A stretch of 64,000 nucleotides of DNA from NCBI GenBank assembly GCA_032718475.1, contig JAUCBJ010006937.1, positions 124,001 through 188,000 of the forward strand. Reading direction: 5' to 3'. This DNA comes from Nemertoderma westbladi (Eukaryota; Animalia; Xenacoelomorpha). A model generated the notes under the pieces. It saw only the letters and a program-made list of their open reading frames with translations. It did not search any database and was not told the DNA's origin. A program made the translations under genes and the position numbers. Positions 48,469 to 62,889 of the stretch are shown here, piece by piece (positions within the stretch are counted from its first letter, which is position 1; every line of letters begins with the position of its first letter).

Positions 48469-49044
48469 TGTAGGTGTTTTAGCGGACATAAAATGCCGTT
48501 TTCTTACTGTGTAGGTGTTTTAGTGGACATAAAAAGCCATTTTTCTGTATGTGTACTTTAGCGGACATAACAAGCCATTTTTATGCCGCAATACGCCAAA
48601 ATACTCTTAATACAGTATAGTTCAGATGACGACATCTATCAGCTGATATGTCGATGTGGAGCTTTTCTTTGTTCTTTGTTCGGCTCGACCAATCAGAGCG
48701 ATTTTCATTTTATTTGCACAGAAGCCTCCGGGAAATCGCGCAATGCATTATGGTCTTTGTTTACCTTTTTTCCTGAGCCCAGAACATCGGCTTTGGAATT
48801 ATTCTGTGTTTCAGACTTTAGCCAAAACATTAGAACGGCTTTGATCATAGAAAGTATAACTGTTATCCTGTCATACCTGGCATACCAGACTCACCTTACC
48901 TTTCACCGCATTATTTTACTGCTATTTACTGATGGTTATTAATTGTATCAGTTGATGGAATGTTGTTATATTTGGAGAATATCGATGAATAATCATAAAA
49001 CTCCAATCTTCTTGATATACTGAAGGTTAGAGAGACCGGTTACA
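48469..49044 (+). repeat. Putative 5' LTR of D (end 49044 or 49064) with three ~41-bp repeats at its start
   Basis: TGT start at the point where C ORF3 breaks; TTTAGYGGACATAA x3; ..GGTTACA end; second LTR not in window. Confidence 0.5.
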
Positions 49045-50326
49045 TATAGCAATTGCGACTTACATTATAGTGGTTTTGGAGTGAATTGAATGCTATTTCA
49101 TAGACCCTACATGTGTCAGTTGCTGTTCTCCTTATATGTGATCAAATTTAGTGAAGGTCGGCAGATCAGTGTGCAGCAGTGTGAGGTAGTGTGCATGAGT
49201 GTGACAGGTAACAATGCATTTCCTAAAGAATGCGCTTTATACGAAAATCATTAGCCATCCCGTTGTGTTTAGTGTAAGTCATAACTCTGTTTACATACTT
49301 AGAGCGCCACGTCCTAAAGGAACTGTTAATATTTCCCGAAAGTGAATAATATTTGTCAGAGATTATATATTAACGATCAATCGAATAGTACAGTAGGCCT
49401 ACACCGCAATAAGGTCAGAGCATCCGAATCCAGTCTCCCTTAACCATGGGTGAATGATCGCGCATAGGCTGGCTTCGGCTAATGTAACTTTATATGTATC
49501 AAATACTTGTTATAGGCTAAAGTCGATTTATAACCTAGAAGACACCTAAATTTGGCAGGTTAAACTGCTAAAGGTCTAAAAGCGCGAACAATAAAAGTTA
49601 TAATTTCTTTATTGCAGTGTAGGCAATAAATATAGTTGTCTATTGTTCTGGTAAGAACAATAACAGTTATAGCTTTCTTTATTGCAACGTAGGCAATAAA
49701 GGCAAAAGTACCGGTCGACCGGTAACCAGTAGGCCTAACTACCTAACCACCCGAACCGTTGCTTACAGCAGTACAGGTACTAGTATTATTTCGATTGTGA
49801 TATTGTATATTGGTAGGCTGTTTAAGAGATTAGGGACTGTACACCCCTTGTTTCTTTTGGAGCTTATTTATTTCTGTCAGTTTTATTTACTTGTAAGTTA
49901 ATATTGAGCAGAAGGCGTGTAAGCCTGCTCAGATTGTACAGGTAATTTGTAAGCTGGATTGTTGTCTGGCTGTTGTCAGGTCCGAAGAGATTGCAGTATG
50001 TGTAGAGTGTATGTCCGATAAAGTACTAGTTAGGAACGTGGGGGCATCCAGTGCTGTAAGGTAAATCCCCCCCCCCCCCCCCGAAAGAATAAGTCGTACT
50101 ACTCGGTTAGAACGCATACTAACTAACCATTTCGGAGTCGGAGTCTGCATATACTGTAGTTTATTTAGGCTTGATAGTAGTCTGCCAGCGTTTGGTTTGT
50201 ATTTTGTTTGTGTAGTCTGTACGTACGGGTAGCATAATATTTATTATTCAGAGTTTATGCGATTATTCGCAACATACATACCCCCAAGTTTATTCCTACA
50301 GTAATTGTGCTTGTTATACATACCGT

Positions 50327-50569
50327 ATATCTAAAGGCGGGGTAGATCAGTTGGTTGAGCGCCGGGCCTGCAATCTAATGGTTGTAGGTTCAGCCCCGCC
50401 AGGGTCCACTCAGCCTTTCATCCACTGGGGTCGATAAAATGAGTACCAGTTAAATAACTGGGAGCAAATCTTGGGATAGGAGTAGCGCCCACCCCTACCC
50501 TCGGGTAGCAGCTATCGAAAGAGGAGCCTTCGGGTCGCCTCCGGCTTCGGCCGACTGTTTGCTTGCTTG
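50327..50569 (+). mobile_element. tRNA-derived SINE with Deu/Nin-like core
   Basis: tRNA head GGCGGGGTAGATCAGTTGGTTGAGCG..GGTTCAGCCCC, core CACTCAGCCTTTCATCC..GGTCGATAAAATGAGTACC, (GCTT)n tail, 11-bp TSD ATACATACCGT (50316-50326, 50570-50580). Confidence 0.88.
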
Positions 50570-51469
50570 ATACATACCGTTATAGTTAGATTAACCCCGG
50601 TACTACATCAGGGCTGTTTGGTGTAGGTAAAGACTGGTGATTTTATGCTCTGGTCACTCCGGCAGATACCGTAGTTCTTTTAGCTGTACAATTATTTTTA
50701 ACTGCTGGTTATTTGTTGTATAAGTACTTGTACCTAATTTAGGGTTTAGTGTACAGTGCTTTCCGAAGGTAATTAGTGTGTAGGCAGTATATTTGTGTTG
50801 TAAAGTGGATAATAGGCACGTTAGCTATAGTAGGCTGCGGTAATTAACTTCTAGGTAGGAACACTCCGGGTACATAATGTAGTACTTATAGCGCTACGGC
50901 TATAAGTCGTCAGGCGGTGGTATTTTCTTATCTAGACAATGCAATATATTTACTACTGCTTTATTATTTTCAAATACCGTAGTATCCTGTCCATTGTAAT
51001 AACCAGATATTCTAACCCCTTGTTAGGCTGGTTTGTAGATTTCTTGTAAAATTAACCCTAAAAATTCGTACGTGTAATTTTTTGTGTTTAGTTAGAGATT
51101 GTAATCTCACCCCGTAATTGTACGTAATTTGTAGAAATAAGTAACTTAGTAAATTAGAATTATTTGTTTTAGTGTCCAATAAGTAGCACTTCACTGAAAG
51201 CGTACAGCTTCTGTGTAGTGACTCCTTCCCAGAAATAATAACATTTATTTCAAATATTGTAACAAAAACCCATTAAACGGGTATATATATATATTATAAA
51301 TCAACTCAAACTGATTTATAAAATAGTAGGCCTGTCATACAACAATTAGGTCTATTATCAGTTGGACTACTGCTTAAATAACGGTAATAAAGTAAAGTAA
51401 AGTAACTAAGTAACCCTAAAATTCAGAAATTCAATCATTCTAAAATAATTGACGTACCAGTATTTACGA

Positions 51470-51710
51470 TAGGCTTATTATATTTATTTCTATTAATTTA
51501 AGCTGAAAATATATACCGGTATTCTGTAATTAATTCTAGTCTATAATTATACTTATATATACTATAAGTGTAAGCTGTATACCGGTATTCACAGTAGGCT
51601 TATTATATATTTATATATACTTGCGCTGAAATTATATACCGGTATTCTGTGACGAAACCTAGTCCGTAATAATACTTATATATACTATAAGTGTATACCG
51701 GTATTCTAAT
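51470..51710 (+). repeat. ~125-bp tandem duplication with four ATACCGGTAT palindromes in the leader of D
   Basis: TATACCGGTATTC near 51512, 51579, 51635, 51694. Confidence 0.8.
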
Positions 51711-51841
51711 ATATTGTATATATATCACGTTACATAGAGTAACGATATCGGTAATTAATTACTAGACTAACAGTGATACTGAATTACTAGACTTGCTTTA
51801 ACTGTAATTATAGCAGTAGGCATTCAACTGTACAAACAAAC

Positions 51842-54800
51842 ATGTCTGACACAAAGCAAAACCTGTCAGACAGTCTCCTAGATACAACCATCTGTGACCC
51901 AGAGAGGAGTGCGGAACGTTTGAGACCGAAGTTCAACTCACCTCCTACTGTAAGAAAGATCACCCCTCCAGTAGTAGTATCAGACCCTAGGCTAGTCAAA
52001 CACCGTAGGTCTATCATAGGCACTCGGGCTCAAGTCAAGCGGGATCAAGAAGCAGCTGTCAAACAGCAGCAACACCCTAGCCGAGAACTTATTTCTCAGC
52101 GGCCTGATAGCTCCAGTAGTTCGGATACTGTAGAGCTGACTCCCGAGCGCGGAGCAAAGATGGCAGATGCGGTTTATTCGGATCCCCTTCTCATTCTTCC
52201 TGCAGCCGTACTCACTAGGGTATTGATTGCGGTGGAGGAACACCAAATCGATTGGGGGAGAAGTAAGCGATCGACCAAGGACAGTTATGCGGGATACACA
52301 AGGGAGGAACTGAAGTCTATTGTCGAGTCGCAATGGAACTTCCCCGGACCCGGACTCCCGTTTAACTTATCGGAAGCTGCCTGGGAGGACTTATACAGGA
52401 TGGGAGTGACAAAGGACACTAGTGATCCAGCTGTGTGGAAGAGGTCAGCAGCAGGATATGTACAGGGATTCTTCAGCTCTTTGGAGTGATTAGAGGAACA
52501 ACTGTTTCAACAACACCAAGGACCTCAAGAGCAGGGAGAGCTGCTTTATCAAGTTCGAGTAAGAATCCTAAGAATCAGACGCCTCCTATCAGCCTTTGAG
52601 GAAGCTTCGAAGAGAACCTAAGACACGTCGTTGCAAGTTGCCGTCAAGACTTGGTTCCAATGGGTGAGTCTCAAGGTTCAAGGAACGACCCAGTGGAAAA
52701 TTCTGCTAACTGAGCGCTCGACCCACGGAGAATCAACAGACGCTGCCTTTTCTCAAGTGGAAAGCGAGGTTACATTAGAGAAACCTCAGAAGAAGGACAC
52801 TATTGACATCTATCTGTCGGACTATCAACGATTTATAGGTGACGAAGAGTTGAGGAGACGGCTGGCTGGACTTCGCCCTAATAGTGAAGGAGCCAAGCTT
52901 GTGTTGGATGCAATATATGCGGAAATGTTAGCTGCGAATCAAGCTAAATTTGATGAAAGCATCCGCATCGCTAGGGTCCAAGAAGAACAGGTAAAGAAAA
53001 AACGTATAGAAGACAGAAAGACAGCAGCAGCGGCAGCGGCAGAAGTTGAAAGAAAAGCGGCAGCGGCAGCGGCAGCGGCAGCGGCAGCGGCAGCGGCAGC
53101 GGCAGCGGCAACGGCAGCGGCAGAAGCGGAAAGAAAGGCGGTAGAAGTGGAAAGAAAAGCGGCAGTGGCAGCGGCAGAAGCGGAAAGAAAAGCGGCAGAG
53201 GCAGTGGCAGAAGCAGAACGGAGAGCATCTGAAGAGACCACCCAACTAGAGTTGGAAAATCTTCAAGAGAAGCAAGACTACATAAATAAACAGTTAACAG
53301 CTAGTCAGATGCAGATGATAAGTCGATCTACTCCCAAAAGGCAGGGATTTACATCATCTGATGAAGGCGATACCACCGATCCTGAAGGCGGAGGAAATAG
53401 ATCTCGTCTAAGCAGGCGTAGAAGAATGCCCCACCGTCAGAAATTGCCTGATTTGCCCCCAGCTGTGAGAAGGCAATTAGCTAGCACAGACTTAGGTAGT
53501 ACAGAACCCACAGACCAAATTATTAGAGTAAAAAGACTCCCTACTATAGTAGATGAGCCTGAAATAATTAGGCCTGTTCTCGAAGCCACCCCCTCTGTGA
53601 TAGAGACCCCTGTACTTCCAGAACTCAACTCTAAATTCCCTTTGCACAGCACTAAACTACCTGTGCCCAGCAGAACAGCCCCTGAGACAGTTCCTGTCCT
53701 GGACTCCGAGCGAGATATCAACGATTTGTCGCCCGTTGTCCCTCGTCTACCCGCTACTATGTTGGCGGCTCCCGCTTCGGCGGTCGAGTGGGTGGATGAG
53801 GGGCGGCGGGGGATGAATCTCCTGCTCGGGCAGATACAGGAGACTGTTCAACAGTTCAAGGGAACAGTAAGGGAAAATAGGTTAGAGTTGCAAGAAGTGC
53901 AGCAGAATATCGCGTTAGAACGCGATAAATTTGTAAATATACAAAAGGGTATACCACCATCCCCTCTAACAATGTGTCAACCTGTTAGGTCTGAAGTATT
54001 TCATGCGCAAGGTGTGGAGCCTACACACATCTATACTGCTAGTGAAGTAGAAACTCCTATAGTAAACCCTATTAAGGGTAATTATAAACCTTGTACCTGT
54101 TGACAATGATATTCCATATAGACCTGATCATAATCCGAGAAATTTATATACCGATAACTCGATATTAAATAACACGATGGCCCAAGAAAGTTTTACGCGT
54201 CAAATGGCTAGAACCGAAGCCCATCAAGCGGTAAAGGTGGGAGAGATCGTCAAGTTCAATGGAGATGAGATGAAATGGTTACCTTTTAATGAATATTATA
54301 AAGATAACATACAGAACTCTGTGCTATCTAACGGAGAGAAACTTAGATTCCTCATCGAGTGCTTGGAAGGATCTCCCAAGTTAATGGCGTTAAAGTTTAT
54401 TGGACATCCAGATGGATTAAGACAAGTTTGGAATACACTAAACATCAGGTATGGTAATAGGAATAACATAGCTAGTTATTTGTATGCAAAATTGGTAGCA
54501 CCCCGAAAGTTCATTAGCAGCGGGATTATAGAGTTTTCCGATGAGATTCAGGAGATCTGTAGACAATTAGATTGGCTAGGTAAGTCTCATGAATATCAGA
54601 GTTCTTTGGTTATTGGAGCCGTGGCCTCTACTTTACCAAAGGGTGGAGTAGGTACACGCTGGGACAAGAAAGTCTTATATATGATGGAACAACAACGAAG
54701 AGACCCTACCATGGCTGATCTCATGTCATTCTTAGATGGAAAGGTAAAACTACAGCTCCTAAAGCAGTCCAGGGAGAAGACACCGGAAAATAAGCTAAGT

Positions 54801-57800
54801 GAGAAACCCATTTCTAGGAGAAAGGTAACACCAGTGTGTTATACAGACGACGGTGAAAGCCAGGCCTCTCAAGAGGAGGACAACGGGAAAGACACCGCAA
54901 GATCTTACTATGTCAACAAATCAACTAAAGACGTAAGTAAATTTAAGTCTCGAACTAGTGACAGGAGAGAACAGGTAACAAAAACTCCTCCTACGTCTCC
55001 TAAGAGAGTTCATGGAAGAAAGCCCGAGAAAAGAACGAGTGTGTATAACATTAACCAAGGTAAAGTAAGTAACATCAAACCAAAGTGTGCATTGTGCGAC
55101 GGGCCCCACCGTTTAAGTGTGTGTGATGAATTCTTAAAGAAATCCTTAAAGGATAGACGCGAAGTCATGTGGGATAAGCGGTTGTTTTATAATTGCCTCA
55201 GACAAGGACACCAACGGCGAACCTGTTACTCTGATGCGAGGTGTGCTAAGTGCGGCGCGAAACATCATATCTTGTTGCACACTGAATTCGAAAGAGACAG
55301 CCCGAGTCAGGTAAGTGAGTCCGAACTACATGTCCAATTCAGTGATGTGAACGACACTGACCAAAGTTCTGAGATGGAAGGATTCTATACGGATGAATTC
55401 TCCGACGAAAACGAATCCTGTTACCTAATAAATACCGCAGTGTATCGAGCACTTACGTATGAGAAAGAAACCGATAGTGAGCTCCCCCTAACTACTCCTG
55501 ACCGACAACCATCTTGGAAAGCACCAACTTCCAACGTAGGAATCCGAGAATTTCCCGTAGTGCAGTTGAGAGTCCACGGGCCAGCAAAGAGCTATATAGT
55601 GAACGCCCTCCTTGACTCCGGCAGCACAGGAACATTCATCGACAAAGAACTAGCCGAAGACATCTTTGCTGGACAACCCAAGTTCCGAACTAAGTTGAAC
55701 ATGTCAGGAATTATGCAGGTTTGGAAATCTACAGTAACTACAGATTACTATGTAGGCGCGTTGTCCACCCCCCAGGATGAACTAGGAGAACACAGTATAA
55801 GGTCAGTAAAAATGGTGGCGATAAAGAACTTCGCTACCAGCCAAGTGGAACCTTATAACTGGGATGAGGACGATTTCACCCAGCAGCATAAGATACCTAG
55901 ATTCAACACAGACTACCCTGGAGTGCAAATACTCATCGGCCAAAATGCGCATGAGGCGCTTGAGACATTGGAAAAACGGCCTGCTCAACCGCAACCACTG
56001 CAAACCTATGCGGGAAGAACTAGAGTAGGTTGGTACTTTACTGGACCTTCCCGTAGAACTCTCATGGAAAGGCTACCCAAAGAACGGGTCTACCAGGTGA
56101 GTGAATGGGATGAGGAGATCAGTGAGGGAAACGACACACCTGAGGGAACACCATACTCCTCAGATAATGACGATATCCACCAACTATTCGACGAGGAGAA
56201 TACCATCGACCTCCTTACAGAAAATGAAACTTGGCAAAACCAAGTGAACCTATGTCACCTCATCCATCCAGCGGGACACGTCGATTACAACGACGAACTG
56301 AATGAAGTGATAGATCGTTACAACGCGAAGACTCGCGATGAACACGCCATACAATTCTTTACTCAAGAGGCTGTGGAGCCCAATTCCTACGATAAGGCCC
56401 TATCGGTAGAAGAATAAAGAGCCAAGCAGATCCAGGCAACGACGACACGTTTCCTTAAAGATCAAGGGAGGTATGAGATTGGTAGTGTTGAGAACTGTAA
56501 CTGTAATTATACTGTAACTGCAACTGTAACTGAATGATTTTGATGATTTTTTTGATACTGTAACTATAACTGTAACTGTAATTGCGAATTTTGAATACTG
56601 TAACTGTAACTGAAACTGTAATTACGAATTTTGAATACTGTAACTGAAACTGAAATTAACAAAATCCGATTCAGTTCTCAATCACACAATTAATATAAAT
56701 AAGCATTTAAAACAGTATTGTAATAGTATAGAGTATAGTTTATTAAATGAATAACAGTGGTTACCATAGGTATCATTTTTAAAACATTGTTATAAAAAAC
56801 AATCTCATTTTTTCCACTTCTGAACAAAACCATCATATTACACAATAAAAAAAGACCTATTAGTAAACTAGGTCTTTTTTTATTTATTTTTTTATTTATT
56901 TTTACTTTTTTTACTAAGCTCCATATGTTGGAATAAAGAAGTCAATGGTCAAAAAGACCTATTGTCCACGTAGCTCAAATGTGATTTATTTGGCGAATCA
57001 AGTTAGTGAACGAAGATCTACAGTAGCATAAAGTCTATGTTTATCTGTCTCAACTATTAGACTATTATCAGCCTTATCACCACTTTTGCTTCATATTAAA
57101 TGTAAATGTTTTAGATAAACAAAGAAAAGTTAGGCCTAATGATAGAGGGATATTAACGGATATATATTTTACATTATGAATTATTAATGTTTTTACCGGT
57201 ACTATTAATATCACAATCACACTAGAGGCACACTGGAAAATAAATTTTGATCAAGTTTACCATTATAAATTACAAAATTAAACTTAAAAGTGAAAGGAGC
57301 AGCTTATCGAGGTGGGTCTAACCAAAACAATAAATATATGAATACTAAAACAAATTACGAATTAAGGAAAATGAGCAGGATTCAGAAGCATGGCTTTTAT
57401 AACCAAAACAATAAATGATAACAGTACTGTACAAGCACTGAAACAAGATGTACAGTAAAATGTGGGTGCCTTTAGTGTGATCTTGTGACGTGCCACTTTC
57501 ATTACATACTATCAGTATATTAGTTACAAAATATTACCATAGCGTGAGTCCAACTTTCCTACAACAACTACCTCTCTAGAAAGAGGACGTTTCGTAATGA
57601 ACATTAATATTAGCGTATATAACAGTAATATATTAAAGTGCCTCATTTTTAGTTTCAGATGACTGCTTACTACGTGAGATCATATATATTGAATCTATAA
57701 CTGAAACTGTAACTGAAACTGAAATGCTCAATATTGTAATACTGAAACTGTAACTGTAACTGAAATGTTACACTTTGTAATACTGAAACTGTAACTGTAA

Positions 57801-60800
57801 CTGAAATGCAAAACTTTGAATACTGAAACTGTAACTGTAACTGAAATTAGTCAAAATTGATTCAGTTCTCAACACTAGAGATTGGTCTGCCATTTCGAAA
57901 ACGAGAACCTAATTTTATAAACAACCGACCCTTGGCAGAGAAAAGAATCGCGCAATTACATCAACGCCTTACGGCAAATGCTTCAGCTAAAGAGATGTAC
58001 AAGACACAGTTGAAGAAATTCATAAATAAGGGATATGCGGAACGAGTACCGGAAGAAACACCCATAACTGAGAGAACGTACTATTTAACCCATCATTACG
58101 TTCCCAAACCCGGTAAACCCAACGAAGTTTGGGTAGTATTTGACGGCTCCGCCCTATATATGGCCAATCACTTAATTCGGAGTTGTTGCCGGGACCCAAC
58201 TTACTCCAATCCTTGTTGGGAATACTCTTAAGATTATGACAATATTCGATCGCCTTTGCCTCGGATATAGAAGGCATGTTCATACAAGTTAAGGCGCTGG
58301 ATAGGGATCGAGACAGCCTACGATTTCTGTGGTGGCCTGAAGGAGACCTCAACCAGAAACCGGTGGAGTACTGGATGACCATCCAGGCTTTTGGGATCAT
58401 CTCGAGCCCCTCAAACGCCTGCTCAGTAGTGCGTACCACTGCTGATGACAACCGGGACGCCTTCTCTAAAGAGGTTATTGACAACATCAAATGGGATATA
58501 TATATGGACGACAATTTAAAGTCCTTCCCATCGGTGGAAGAAGCCATTGAAGTCGCCAAAGGAACGGTAGAGTGCTTAAAAAGAGGTGGATTTCGATTAA
58601 CTAAATTCACCAGCAACTCCCGTGAGTTTCTGGAATCGATCCCGGTAGAAGACCAAGGAGTTAAAGATCTAGACCTAATCAAGGACGATCTTCCAGAAAC
58701 AAAGACGCTTGGTTTGAAATGGGACACAGAGAGAGATATCCTGTTTTTCCAGCTAAAGCAGCGAGATAATCCAGTTCGGACTAAACGGATTTGTCTAAGT
58801 ATCCTGAGCACTTATTTCGATCCATTGGGATTTATTAGCCCAGTTATATTGATTGCTCGGAGTTTAGTACAACAAATGTGGCTTGAAAACCACTCGTGGG
58901 ACAATCCACTTAAGGGAGAACTACTAAAGAAATGGATGAAATGGGAAGATTCTCTACCATCCATCGAGAATTTTACGATTTCCCGTTCTTATTTTGGTCA
59001 TGTTCTCCCCACGTATTCCTATCAACTCCATGTATTTGGAGACGCCAGCGATATGGGAATAGGTATAGGAGCCTATCTGAGGGTTGAAACTCCGGATGGA
59101 ATTAAGGTCGCCTTGGTTACCTCTAAGGCCTTGATAAACAACAAGTTGAAAGTTCCTCGAGCGGAGTTAAAAGCGGCTCTATACGCTACAGCCATCAGCC
59201 GGAATGTAACAGAACAGATCGACTATCCACTGGAGAAAACTGTCTATTGGACCGATGCTTTACTCGTGTTGGAATATATAACCAATGAAGTTTGTCAGTT
59301 CAGCGTCTTCGTTACCAACAGAGTAGCCATTATACTTAGTCGTACGAAGATAGATCAATGGAGACATTGCCCCGGGACGATTAATCCAGCCGACATCACC
59401 TCCAGAGGAGCCACTCCACAGGAACTGATAGATACTCCAGACTGGTTAGGTGGACCCGACTTCCTAAGCAAGGAAGAGGATGAATGGCTCCTCATCTTAC
59501 CACGGCTGAGATTAGACAAGCCAAGGGAGCGGAGAAAGTCAAACCTAAAACCCGGGCGAGTAAATCGAAGTTATTTAAACCCGCGATAGATCTGTCTGTA
59601 CTACACGTTTCGGGAGACGATGCTTTGGATCCACAATCCCCCGCCACAAATAAGTCTGTTGTGGAAATCAGAGAGAGAGATTGGAAATCTGGAACACCAG
59701 ACGTCTCGCAGGGACTCTCACCACTCCTGCAGAGAGCGATACATCACTATAGCTCCTGGAATCGGCTTTGTAAAGCCGTTGCTTATTTAAAGCGATGTTT
59801 TCATCATCACTACTCCAGGACGAAGATCGCTAGTGATACCGCTCCACCGACATCTGCGCACGTCCATGTTGTTAAAGATCTTCCCAAATACAAGATATCA
59901 GAAAGATTTCTGAAAGAGAAAATCAGTTACCAGGAGCATGAAGAAACCAATAAGCAGATACTGAGACTCCTGCAATGCTATGAGGATTCCGATAAGTATT
60001 TCCTGTTGTTGAGGAATCCACAGATGCGCTTAAGGGATCGCTTCTCTAGCACAATGATAGATGGGTTGATACACGTTGGAGGAAGACTAACTAATGCTCC
60101 ATTATCCTTTGACACTAAGTTTCCCATACTCATTAGAAATCTTGAAATACAAATCAAGATGATTGTAGATGTTCACAGTAAGCTTTATCATGCTGGTAGA
60201 GAATGAGTTCTTAGCGAAATTCGAACTCGCTATTATTTTCATAAACCCCGTAGAGCTCTGAACCAAGTTCTTAGGAACTGTATACCCTGTAGGAAAGCAT
60301 TCAGTAGGCCTTTAACACAGTGAGAGGCAGAATTACCTAGGGAACGAGTAAGCTTCTATGAACCACCCTTTACTAATACCGGTGTGGATTTATTTGGCCC
60401 TATTGAAGTATATCGTGCTAGGACTATAGTCAAGAGATGGTGTGTCATCTTTGTCTGTATGACTTGTAGAGCTATCCATCTCGATATGGTGAACGATTTA
60501 TCTACCAATAGCTTCATATTGAGCTTACGCCGACAGATCGCTCGCTTTGGAACTAGTAACACGATGAGATCTGATAAGGGAACGAACTTCATTGGTGCCA
60601 ACAATGAAATCAGGGCTTACGTCAAAGATTGGAACCAAAGACAGGTGGACGATCAGCTAAGGGTAACAGCGTCTAGCTGGACCTTCAACGCCGCCGACGC
60701 CCCTTGGTGGGGAGGAAGTTGGGAGAGATAAATCAGGAGCGTGAAGACCGCATTTCACTTTATAGTGCCGTGCCGCGCGTATCTCACCGACGAAATTTTG

Positions 60801-61385
60801 CGGACGTTAATGTAGGAAATCGCTGCCTATCTCAACGAGAGACCGCTTATGCCAGTCTCACCGAGTCCCGATTCCCTGGAAGCGCTAACACCCGCGCACT
60901 TCCTACTGAAGAAACCCGTAGCCATGCTCCCACGATCGGAAATCATGGACGGAGACGAATACTGCCGGCAAACTTGGCAACTTATGCAGTTGTTATCCCG
61001 TCATTTCGCTGACCATTTCGAAAAACATTATCTGCCTACGCTACAACTTCGAACTAAGTGGTTTGCGCAGCAAGAAAACGTCAGCGCCAGAGACATGGTC
61101 CTTATTGTGGATTCAGATCTTCCAAGTAAGCGGTGGCAGACAGGTCGTATCATCGAGACTCATATCTCGGATGATGGTTTGGTGCGATCGGTAGAACTCG
61201 TCGTCATGCGACGTAACTTTAAGAAACCGGGAATTGTCTTCGAGACGCAGCAGCTCAATCGCCCAATTGGTCGTTTATGTTTACTGGAAAGAGACAGAGA
61301 ACTCTCCGGAAACTATGGAAGGCAAGATACTCTTCCCACGACCACCTCCCTAATCCAACAAACATCTAGGGACTCCCCAACGTAA
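51842..61385 (+). pseudogene. gag-pol: gag-pol of element D
   Basis: ORF pieces with poly-Ala coiled coil, KFNGD, CCHC, LLDSGS, IYMDD, FGDAS, DLFGP/SDKGTNF/WER; several stops; MITE insertion. Confidence 0.93.
56483..57877. mobile_element. Non-autonomous hAT-type DNA transposon (MITE)
   Basis: 15-bp TIR TAGTGTTGAGAACTG/CAGTTCTCAACACTA, 8-bp TSD GAGATTGG (56475-56482, 57878-57885), subterminal ACTG(T/A)A repeats; removal restores GRYEIGLPF. Confidence 0.95.
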
Positions 61386-61909
61386 CAGCGTCTGGAGTGG
61401 GTGTGTGACTATATTATTTTGTATTTGTTTTTATTATTTTATATTTATGTATGTATTATTATGTAATTTTATTATAATCGTTTTCTTTAATTTTATTTAG
61501 TAGAATGTTATTTTAGCGATTATCTAGTAGATTAGTGCAATATATATTAGTCTTATTACTTAATTACTTATATATTATATATTTAGTACAACGGCGAGAA
61601 ATAATTATTTTTCTCTTTCCTTACTGTCCGTATTACATTATAAATACGTGACTACAGTAAGATGAAATATCCATACTTATTAAAGTACAATAAAGCTCCT
61701 ACTATATTTAAGTATTATTGGTAAGTAGAGTATTAGGAATGCAAAATTCAGATCCTCGTGTCACGGCTAAACCAAGCTCTGGGTAGACCTTGGAAACGAC
61801 TTGCCTCTTCTCACTGACATTGTTTCTTGCAATATTGCTCTCATACCGTATATTAAATAATACATATAGTAGCGTGATGTCCATTTAACAGTAGCGTAAA
61901 ACGCAAAAT

Positions 61910-62292
61910 AAATCTGTTAAACCCTTTGACCATCTGTAATTCTAGTTGATTAAGATATCGCGGCACCCACCGATATACTTGAAAGACAAAATTCTAGAAT
62001 CAGTGGTTAACGTCCCCAGACAAGTTCTGGAATAAACCGGTGCCCATCTTAAATATTAACTATTAATATTTATAAAATCTGTCAAGCAAATACAATAGAG
62101 TAAATACTTACACAAGTTAACTCTAGAAAATCTAAACTAGAAAATCTGTTAAAGTTTAGATCCTTTAAAATTCTAGTCGATTAAGATATCGTAGCACTTA
62201 CCGATACTCTTAAAAGGACAAATTTCCTAGAATTAAGGATCCTAGTCCCCAGATATTCTCTGGAATAAAATTGTGTCTATTTAATATTAAAT
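61910..62292 (+). repeat. Two diverged ~150-nt structured repeats between pol and ORF3 of D
   Basis: AAATCTGTTAAA..TTCTAGTYGATTAAGATATCG..CCGATA..CTAGAAT..CCCCAGA..CTGGAATAAA twice. Confidence 0.75.
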
Positions 62293-62889
62293 AATTAAAT
62301 TTATGGGAATAAATTTAAATTCATCTCTTTTAATGAATTTGATAAATTGTTATTTTATACAATTTATAATATTCCCAAAATTCCATTAATTAATAGATCA
62401 TGGGAGCGGAGATTCACCCTATTAAGTGTATTAGTGTGCGAGAATCTCCAATATATAGTCAATAGCCGATAAAATTCATAAAATCATGTATAAAGAGGAA
62501 TATTGACAATTAAAGAATTACTATTAAATAGCATCCCAGATCTGTATGCATGAGAATTACCCTAATTCTACTGCTAGCTTTCCATAATGTCACCATGGCA
62601 ACAACCACGCTAGAATTAGAAGTGAGTTAAAAGAACAATAAAGGCTTGCCCCATTGAATAGCATAAGGAATAAATAGCACACTGCTAGTATCCAAGGATA
62701 CCCAATAATAACGTGGCATTCTGGAAGGCACTTGACTAGCGGACAAATGGCCCGAATGTGTGCGGTTTGTGACAGTTGTGTGGAATTTGTGCGTTTATAG
62801 GTGAATGTTACTACTAAAGTGTGTTTACAGTAGCGAGTCGCAATTGTGAAAGTAGCCCTAACTCTGCAGTAAGAACCTGAAGTAAATCT

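Noticed and set aside
48469-48942. C-terminus of the 402-aa ORF and ORF 48583-48942 as protein coding
   Set aside because: Read-through into the repeat-bearing putative LTR of D; homology to ORF3 stops at 48468
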